Of a stretch of DNA of 64,000 nucleotides, positions 54,769-64,000 are shown piece after piece. The notes beneath the pieces were generated by a model. That model had not been told where the DNA came from. It saw only the letters and a list, made by a program, of their open reading frames with translations, and did no database searches. Position 1 is the stretch's first letter, and each line of letters begins with the position of its first letter. Made by a program: the position numbers and the translations under genes. The DNA is from Alphaproteobacteria bacterium (lineage in GTDB: Bacteria > Pseudomonadota > Alphaproteobacteria > SHVV01): assembly GCA_965261735.1 (NCBI GenBank), contig OZ253470.1, forward strand, positions 3,840,001 through 3,904,000. Direction: 5' to 3'.

Positions 54769-56043
54769 CTAGGGCGCGACGGCCGCCGCCGGCGGGACCA
54801 GGAGGCAGGCGAATTGCTTCTGCTTCAGGCGCGCGCACGCTGTTTGCGCCTCCTGCTCGCTGAGGCCGGTGAGGCGGGCGCGGAACAGGTTGTCGCTATC
54901 GCCCTCGGTGGTCATGATCGAGATCTCCTTGTGCATCAGCAGGCGCGGCTCGGCTTTGGCCGCGCGGTGAACCTGGGCCTGCGCAGTGGCGAAGCGCTCA
55001 AATGCGCCGACCTGGACGCTCCAGCCCCTGGCGCGGGGCTGCGCCGTGGTCTCTGCGCGGGCGCTATCGACGACCGGCTCCAGGTCCGGAACGGGGCGCA
55101 TCTTGGGCGCCCTGGCGACGGCCGTTCGGGTCCCGCCTGCGCCTTTGGCCTCCGCCTCGAGCCGGGCGAACGCACGATCGAGAATACCCTTCATGTGGGC
55201 GTCGCGCGAGTGCCCGGTGCGGCCCCCGAGCACGATACCGACCAGCCGGTGCCCGTTGCGCTCGACCGACACCGCGATGTTGAAGCCGGAGGCGCGCGTG
55301 TAGCCGGTCTTTATGCCGTCGGTGCCGGGATAGCCCTTCAGCAGCCGGTTGTGGTTGTCGTAGTTGCGCTTGCCGTACCTGAAGCGGGCCGTCGAGAAGA
55401 CCGGATAGTGCTGCGGGAAGTCGCGGATCAGTGCCCGGGCGAGCACGGAAAGATCGTGCGCGGTGCTGCGCTGGCGCCGGTCGGGTAGGCCCGACGCGTT
55501 GCGGAACCGCGTGTGTTTCATACCGAGTGCGCGCGCCTTCTTGGTCATGGCCAGGGCGAACTTCACCTCGTTGCCGGCCAGCCCCTCGGCCAGCACGGTA
55601 GCCACGTCGTTCGCGGACTTGGTCACCAGGCCGAGAATGGCGTTCTTCACCGTGATGGTCGCGCCGCGCTTCAAATTGAGCTTCGACGGCGCCTGGCCGG
55701 CTGCCCGGCGCGAGACCTTGAGCGGCTGATCGAGGGTGAGGCGGCCTTGCTCGAGCGCCTCGAAGGTGAGGTACAGGGTCATCATCTTGGCCAGCGAGGC
55801 CGGGATGCGGCGGTGGCTGGCGTTGCGCGAGAATAGCACGCGGCCGCTGTCCGCCTCGACGACGACGGCGGCGTAGCGTGCGGCCTTGGCCTCGCTGGCG
55901 CCCAGGGCCATAGCCAAAGCGGCGCCGAGGAGAAAGGCGCGCACGGCCCACGTCGCTCCGTTATCCGGGCGACGGTTACGCCGGAATCGCACGACTAAAC
56001 GAACAATGCCCCCCAAGAGACTACTCAATCCCCCACCGCGCAA
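54769..56043 (-). CDS. D-Ala-D-Ala carboxypeptidase with C-terminal SPOR domain (start uncertain)
   Basis: PASLAKMMT (SxxK), SAN, IKTGY; WSVQVGAF SPOR. Confidence 0.9.
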   Translation of the reverse strand: MRGGGLSSLLGGIVRLVVRFRRNRRPDNGATWAVRAFLLGAALAMALGASEAKAARYAAVVVEADSGRVLFSRNASHRRIPASLAKMMTLYLTFEALEQGRLTLDQPLKVSRRAAGQAPSKLNLKRGATITVKNAILGLVTKSANDVATVLAEGLAGNEVKFALAMTKKARALGMKHTRFRNASGLPDRRQRSTAHDLSVLARALIRDFPQHYPVFSTARFRYGKRNYDNHNRLLKGYPGTDGIKTGYTRASGFNIAVSVERNGHRLVGIVLGGRTGHSRDAHMKGILDRAFARLEAEAKGAGGTRTAVARAPKMRPVPDLEPVVDSARAETTAQPRARGWSVQVGAFERFATAQAQVHRAAKAEPRLLMHKEISIMTTEGDSDNLFRARLTGLSEQEAQTACARLKQKQFACLLVPPAAAVAP

Positions 56044-56324
56044 ATACCAGGCGGCGACAACCCGTCCTCCCCCGGATAGCCTCGCCGGCCAAAGCCCATG
56101 TCGCGCAAATATTCTAATAAAATTGCGAATCCATGTCTATGGCCGTTCTCGGGCCGCAGAATGGCGCGGCGGTTGCTTTGCCAAGACGAGATCCCAAGGG
56201 TGTCGCAATAGGGTTAAGGCATGGGTGGCACCAAAGAGATTCCCCTTCAAGGCGTTTCGCGGAGCCGCTACAATTCTTACATTAAGAACCGCGTAAGCCG
56301 GCTCAAGTAGGATCGACGTGGCGC

Positions 56325-56650
56325 ATGAGCGACAAGGGCAGACCCGATGATGACGGCAGCGGCACCGGAGTCATCACGCGGACCGAACCCAAGACCAAGA
56401 AGCCGTCGCTCTATAAGGTGTTGCTGCTCAACGATGACTACACACCCATGGAGTTCGTGGTCTATGTTCTCGAACGCTTCTTCCGCAAGAACCGTCAGGA
56501 GGCGACCCGGATCATGCTGCACGTGCACCAGCGCGGGGTCGGCGTCTGTGGCGTGTATACTTACGAGGTCGCCGAAACGAAGGTGACACAGGTGATCGAC
56601 TTCGCACGCCAAAACCAGCACCCGCTTCAGTGCACGATGGAGAAAGAATA

Positions 56651-56651
<1 letters not shown>
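56325..56651 (+). CDS. clpS: Clp protease adaptor ClpS
   Basis: [28 protein letters not shown]. Confidence 0.97.
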
Positions 56652-59008
<2,357 letters not shown>

Positions 59009-59768
59009 GTCCATTTCAATGTTCTAGGTATGATTTCGGATGTGGACGTCGGTCACACTTGTAAAAATGTCCGACACCTAAGCGGCCGATCTCCCGGCCA
59101 TTCCTTGATTAATCGTTTGCGGACAATGGGTTGGCTGGCGTGAGGCCGATTGTAAAGGTTCCTTACACTTTCTTGGGGAAGCCCTCTTCGCTGGGGCACC
59201 CTTAGCTCGGATGCCGGGCGTTGAAGGAGACGGCGATCCGTTCGCCGGCGCCGAAATAGGGATGGACCAGGTGCTTGAGCCAACCCGGGAAAATCACCAT
59301 CGATCCAGGTTTCGGGCCCATGCGCCAATGTTGGTTGAACATGCGCTCGCCAAGCGTGCTCGCCTGCACGCCGGTCCGTGGATCGAGCAGCTCGAGCTGG
59401 CCGCTGATCGGATGGCCTGTGTCTAGCGCGCCCACGGCGACGTAGTAGACGCCCGACCAAGTCGAGCTCTCGTGACTGTGCGGAACGTGGTAGCCGCTGG
59501 GGCGCAGGATATTGGCCCAAGCCTCCATCTCGAACGGATAATCGCCGCGCTTGTGTTTTCTCGTGGTCGCCCTCGTGGCCTCGACGGCAACGCGGCGGAA
59601 CATCTGCTCGAGCTCCTTGATACAGGGGGCGTTCCACGACAGCAGGTCCTTATGCGAGCTCCACCCGCCAACCGCGCTCGAGTGCATTCCCGTGCCGCCG
59701 CGCTCGCGCTCGAGAATGAGGTCGCGCAAGGCCGCTTAGGGCCTCGGAGTCCGGGCGCTCGTAACTAG

Positions 59769-61339
59769 CCTGACTTATTCATCGGAGGCAGAGTTTATCG
59801 GTTGATTTTGAGCGCGCGAAGGTTTGTGTTCGGCGCCTTGCGGTGCCGGGATTTGAGGTTGGCGGTGTCGGGGTTTGGGGTTGAATGGGCTCGGGTTGGC
59901 GGGGCACGGCGCCCCGGCGATCAGGGGCCCGCGGCGGCGAGGCGCCCGGCCAGCAGGCGGAACAGGGCGGCATCCGGACAGGCCGAAGCGAAGTGGATGC
60001 GGATGCGGGCGGCCTTTTCGACGACGCGGGCGCCGATCTTGAGCAGGCTTTTCCTGAGGGTCGCGAACTCGGCCCAGGCAAGCGGCATCCGGCGGGGCAC
60101 GGCATCGCGCAGGGCGAGCATGAGCCAGTAGGCCGCGGTGTGCAGGACGAGGCGGAACTGGTTAGCGAGCGGGCTCTGGCAGGAGGTCCGGTCGGAGGCG
60201 AGCTGGCCCTTGTGCAGCTTGATGAGGTTCTCGGGCTCGCCACCGAGCGAGGTGACGATGTAGCGGGCGTCGAAGCCCCGCGCGGTCGCCTCCAGCCGGG
60301 CGACGACCCGGCGCTGGCGGCTCCAGGAGCGGGCGGCGTAGGCGAACGCGGCGAAGCCCCGCATCCTGTCCGCGCCGGCCTCGGCGCGGCGCACCCTGAG
60401 GTCGTCGGCCACCTCGTATGAGAGGCGGTGCAACACGCTGTTGCCGGCCAGGCCGAAGATGTAGTCGACGCCGGTGTCCTCGCACCACGCCATGGCCTCG
60501 GTCCGTCCGTAGTGGGAATCTCCCCGGAAGGTGAGCCGGGTGCGCGGCCAGTGCCGGCGGATGCGGCGCACCAGGTGCTTGAGGAGGGTCCGGACCTCGG
60601 CGCCCGACGGCGTCTTGCCGGGGCGCAGGAGAACCGCCACCGGCTTGCCGCTCTCGACGTGGTAGACGTGGACCGGCAGGAAGCAGCGGGTGTCGTAGTG
60701 GGCATGGAACAGCGACAGCTGCTGGTGGCCGTGCACCGGATCGCAGGTATCGTCGATGTCGAGCGTGATCGCCGCGGGAGGGGCGGGGAAGCTGCGGCAG
60801 AAGAGATCGACCAGCGCCGCCGTCATGCGCGCCACCTCGATGCGCGAGGGCGCGTTCTCCAGCCGGCTCATGGTCGGTTGCGAGCACAGCGCGCGGCCGC
60901 TCTCCGGCGCCCGGCCGACGGCCAGCTTGAACAGCGGATCGGTACGCAGGGCGTCGCAGTCGTCGGCATCCTCGTATCCGCAGGCGATCGCGAACATGCG
61001 GAAGCGCAGCATCGCCGGCAGCGTGTGCACCACCAGCGCCGGATCGCGCCACTCCCGGATGCAGCCCGCCAGCGCCTCGGCCAGGCCAAGCCGGCGTTCG
61101 GCCCCGCGCAACAGGACCAGCCCGCCGTCCGACGAGATCAGCCCGCCCCCGAAATCGGCGGTCACCTTCTTGCGTTTGACGGCTGGAAGATCGAACGGGA
61201 GCTGGCTATCTTCGGTCATGGTGGGCGTGGCGCTTTCGTTGCCTGGGGAGAAGGACGCTGGACAACGACTTTCTACCCAATACCAACGACTTACGCCATG
61301 TCCGCCATCATAACATTGGGCCGCGCTGAATAAAGCGGG
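59769..61339 (-). mobile_element. IS1380-family element (1571 bp)
   Basis: Ends CCTGACTTATTCA and CCCGCTTTATTCA (reverse complement); CTAG TSD at 59765-59768 and 61340-61343. Confidence 0.9.
59921..61219 (-). CDS. IS1380 transposase, probably internally deleted
   Basis: FGGGLISSDGG, GYEDADD, LDIDDT.D..HG.Q, RGDSH, ENLIK, SDRTSC. Confidence 0.9.
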   Translation of the reverse strand: MTEDSQLPFDLPAVKRKKVTADFGGGLISSDGGLVLLRGAERRLGLAEALAGCIREWRDPALVVHTLPAMLRFRMFAIACGYEDADDCDALRTDPLFKLAVGRAPESGRALCSQPTMSRLENAPSRIEVARMTAALVDLFCRSFPAPPAAITLDIDDTCDPVHGHQQLSLFHAHYDTRCFLPVHVYHVESGKPVAVLLRPGKTPSGAEVRTLLKHLVRRIRRHWPRTRLTFRGDSHYGRTEAMAWCEDTGVDYIFGLAGNSVLHRLSYEVADDLRVRRAEAGADRMRGFAAFAYAARSWSRQRRVVARLEATARGFDARYIVTSLGGEPENLIKLHKGQLASDRTSCQSPLANQFRLVLHTAAYWLMLALRDAVPRRMPLAWAEFATLRKSLLKIGARVVEKAARIRIHFASACPDAALFRLLAGRLAAAGP

Positions 61340-61482
61340 CTAGTAATCGGCGTTGCAAACGCCATCACCATGTTTAGCGGCTGCTTGCGTGAGTCTGCCA
61401 TCCTGGGCTCCAGTTAAGACGCGCAGAAGGGGTGCCGGCCGGCCCGCGCATCGCCCGTCGCCGCACCACAAAGTGGCGCGGC

Positions 61483-62841
61483 TCACGCCTTCTTGCGCAT
61501 CGAAAGCAGGTAAGTATAGCCCGTGGGATCGGTGCGAAGCTCGACGGATGTGGGGTCGACGAGGTCGGCGAAGGCCACCATGTCCTCGGCGGTGCGGTAG
61601 TTGAGGGTCCAGTCGAGGATGAACTCGAGAGGCCATACAACGTCGGCCTTGGCCTTCATGTTGGCGATGATCAAGAGCCCGCCGGGCGCGAGCTGCTTGA
61701 ACAACCCGGCGACGAGGCGCTGGCAGCGCTTGTCCCCGAAATAGTCGAACAGGCCGACGCTGTAAATCATGTGCTGCTGGCGGATGCGGCTGAACAGCTT
61801 CGCTTCGCGGAGCAGCTCCCATACCGATGCGTTGACCGTCTTGATTCGGGCGCGGCCGGCGACCCGGGCGAGCACCGGCTGAGCACGCTGCGCCGCATGC
61901 GAAAGCGCTTCCCGCTCGTGGTCGATCAGCGTGAATCGAACCGGCGCGGGCGGCGCACCGGACGATAAATAGTCGATGACCTCGCGCGCGGGCCCGCAGC
62001 CGACGCTCGTGATCCTGACGACGCTCTCACCGGCGTGCTGGCAGACGGTCGTGGTGATCGCCTCGCGCACCATGTCCATCCTGGTCTTCACGAAGTGACC
62101 GACGTCGAGCCCGAGCTTGTGGAGCAGCGTGGCGTAAGCGCTGTGGCCCTCGGGCTTGTTGTCGTAGATGTACTCCATGACCTGATAGTCGCCGGGGTAG
62201 CCGAGCGGCTTTTGGTAGCTGCGCCCGACCAGCGGCCCGGCGACCATCTCCGGCGTCAGCACGGATTCGGTGAAGCGCTTGGCCGCGCGCGAGGCGATGA
62301 GGTCGGAGAGGAACGGGGTCACCGTCGCCTGGCTGCCATGCCACAGCTCCCGCCACTCGTCCAAGAATCGCCCCTCGCAGGCGTTGTAGACCTCCTCGAG
62401 TCGGGCCCTGCCAGCGACGCCGTCGCCGCCGACCTGGCGCTCGAAGGGATCGAGGATGGAGCGGTAGCGGAGCAACATCGAGAGCGTGTCGCCGCACAGC
62501 CTGCGATACTTAGGCGTGGTCGCGCCGCCATGACCGTTGTCGAGGAGCTCGCGAACCGAGGGCTCGGCGTAGGTGTCGATGATTCTCCCGAGATCGATGC
62601 TGCCGTCGGTGACCCGCAGTCCGACCCGCGCGCCCTTCGCTGTGGGCTCGACCTGCAGCACCTGGCCGGCACCGCGGTAGAAGAGCTCGTCGCCGGCCCC
62701 GATGGCGAGCGCGCACTGATCACCGACGCTGAGCGGATTGACCGTGGCGGGGACGACGAAGCCGACGCCGTCGCCGCTTAGGTCGCAGACCGGAAACTTA
62801 CGGCGCCCTATTCGGACGTTGAGGGGAAGCTTGGCCAGCAT
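61483..62841 (-). CDS. PilZ-like N-domain + class I SAM-dependent methyltransferase (PhcB-like)
   Basis: DLSGDG beta-barrel motif; KPLGYPGDY; SVGCGPARE motif I; YSVGLFDY; LAPGGLLII. Confidence 0.75.
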   Translation of the reverse strand: MLAKLPLNVRIGRRKFPVCDLSGDGVGFVVPATVNPLSVGDQCALAIGAGDELFYRGAGQVLQVEPTAKGARVGLRVTDGSIDLGRIIDTYAEPSVRELLDNGHGGATTPKYRRLCGDTLSMLLRYRSILDPFERQVGGDGVAGRARLEEVYNACEGRFLDEWRELWHGSQATVTPFLSDLIASRAAKRFTESVLTPEMVAGPLVGRSYQKPLGYPGDYQVMEYIYDNKPEGHSAYATLLHKLGLDVGHFVKTRMDMVREAITTTVCQHAGESVVRITSVGCGPAREVIDYLSSGAPPAPVRFTLIDHEREALSHAAQRAQPVLARVAGRARIKTVNASVWELLREAKLFSRIRQQHMIYSVGLFDYFGDKRCQRLVAGLFKQLAPGGLLIIANMKAKADVVWPLEFILDWTLNYRTAEDMVAFADLVDPTSVELRTDPTGYTYLLSMRKKA

Positions 62842-62870
62842 GGGGTCGCTGCGGCTGGTGGTGCGCCGAC

Positions 62871-63707
62871 TTACTTGACGCTCTTCAAGACGTCGCGCGG
62901 GTGCCGGCGCTCGGGGCGCTGACGGTCGAACGCGGGCGCGACGAGCTTGCGCCCGGTCAACAGGTATGCGTTCTCGGTCAACCCGCCCTTCAGTTCGATC
63001 TCCCCCCTGTTCTCGAACTCGTAGTCGCGATGGAGCCGCCAGTAGGTGCTCTCGGATACCTGGATGGCGCTCTCGATGCCGTGTGATTCGAGGCGGCTGG
63101 CGAGGTTCACCGTCTCGCCCCAGAGATCGAATATCGGTACCTTCGTGCCGATGACGCCCGACACCACCGAGCCCGTCGCCATGCCGACGCGGATCTTGAG
63201 CGGTAGATCGTGCTCGAGGGCGTAGTTGTCGATCGCGTTCATCGCCTCGATCGCGAACTCGGCCACGGCTTCGGCGCTCCGGCTCGAGGGATTGCGCACG
63301 CCGCCGACGACCATGTAGTTGTCGCCGATCGTCTTGACCTTCTCGACCCCCTTCTCATCGGCGATGCCATCGAGCGCCGTGAAAATGTCGCTCAGGATCT
63401 CGACCAGGTGGCTCGGCGAGAGGCGCTTGGTCAGCTGGGTGAAACCGCTGAGGTCCGAGAACAGAACGGTCGCCTCGCCGACCGCCTCGGCGATGCTCTT
63501 TTCGCCGTCCCTGAGCCGGTCGGCGATCCTGCCATGGGAATGCTCCCGATGTTGGGTTTCGAGACACGGCATCGTACCGCTTCTGGCGGTGCGGAGCGTT
63601 CCCACCTTCCCCTGCTCGACCCTGCCGTCGTGACAAAATCCTGCCTTGGAGCGGCCCATTGTCACGAATAGCCGTTTTCGGCCGTTCGTCTCGACACAAA
63701 AACGCAC
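62871..63707 (-). CDS. Class III adenylate cyclase catalytic domain (start uncertain)
   Basis: IADRL, VLFSDLSGFT, EKVKTIGDNYM, FDLWGETVNLASRLES. Confidence 0.88.
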   Translation of the reverse strand: MRFCVETNGRKRLFVTMGRSKAGFCHDGRVEQGKVGTLRTARSGTMPCLETQHREHSHGRIADRLRDGEKSIAEAVGEATVLFSDLSGFTQLTKRLSPSHLVEILSDIFTALDGIADEKGVEKVKTIGDNYMVVGGVRNPSSRSAEAVAEFAIEAMNAIDNYALEHDLPLKIRVGMATGSVVSGVIGTKVPIFDLWGETVNLASRLESHGIESAIQVSESTYWRLHRDYEFENRGEIELKGGLTENAYLLTGRKLVAPAFDRQRPERRHPRDVLKSVK

Positions 63708-63859
63708 TAAATCAATGACTTAGATTTTCCATACCAGACCCACACCCAAAGAACGAGAAAAAACGACGAAAAAAGGGGGGGGTGGCAGCCATGCTGGCGG
63801 GCCGATTTGATTCCGAGACTGAAACTCGGTTCCAACTACACTACGCCGAGCGTTCGATC

Positions 63860-64000
63860 CTTGCCTATCCGGTTTACACCCACACCCACTAGGGTTAGAA
63901 TGGGCGCAACCCGGATATAGGGGAGCGCGCCATGGATGTTCTCGACCGCGCCGATCTCCCATTCCCGCATTCGCTACCCGAGTTCCAGCGACTTTTCCCC
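63860..64000 (+). mobile_element. IS1595-family element, copy 3 (truncated by window end; transposase ATG at 63932)
   Basis: Left end matches copy 1 except C>T at 63895. Confidence 0.95.

Larger units (their letters stand above)
59202..61401 (-). pseudogene. TIGR02466-like 2OG-Fe(II) oxygenase split by IS1380 and frameshifted
   Basis: N-terminus MADSRKQPLNMVMAFATPIT at 61401-61340 joins SYERPDSEAL after IS removal; C-part has HVPHSH, WSGVYYV, FPGWLKHLV, RIAVSFN. Confidence 0.85.

Noticed and set aside
63738-63748. ACCCACACCCA also present in the IS1595 left end about 140 bp away
   Set aside because: Short low-complexity match, not seen beside the other two insertion sites.

Overview
High-GC alphaproteobacterial chromosome segment. 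The assignment is inferred from gene order: S10-spc-alpha cluster without rpsD/rpmJ, rplQ-degQ-rarA-rluC, lipB-fliN-like-tRNA-Leu-mgtE, clpS-clpA. 1-15.6 kb holds ribosomal protein and housekeeping genes. 15.7-19.2 kb is a four-gene Na+-translocating acyl-CoA decarboxylase (mmdADCB-like). 22-28 kb is leucine catabolism (liuABCD, no liuE). 30-64 kb is a metabolic/accessory region hit by five IS insertions. Three are near-identical IS1595-family copies: one splits a cyclase-TPR gene, one splits putA, one runs off the window end. An IS630 sits in a CTAG stop codon, and an IS1380 with an internally deleted transposase splits a 2OG-Fe(II) oxygenase gene. The best candidate for an undescribed system is the minus-strand class III adenylate cyclase / PilZ-like+SAM-methyltransferase (PhcB-like) / 2OG-Fe(II) oxygenase cluster at 59.2-63.7 kb. 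Other candidates are a VWA + TimB/Pam18-like J-protein pair, a PhyH dioxygenase with twin binding-protein ABC importer, and mini-ORFs bridging ribosomal genes. All calls come from reading the sequence by eye; no database searches were run.
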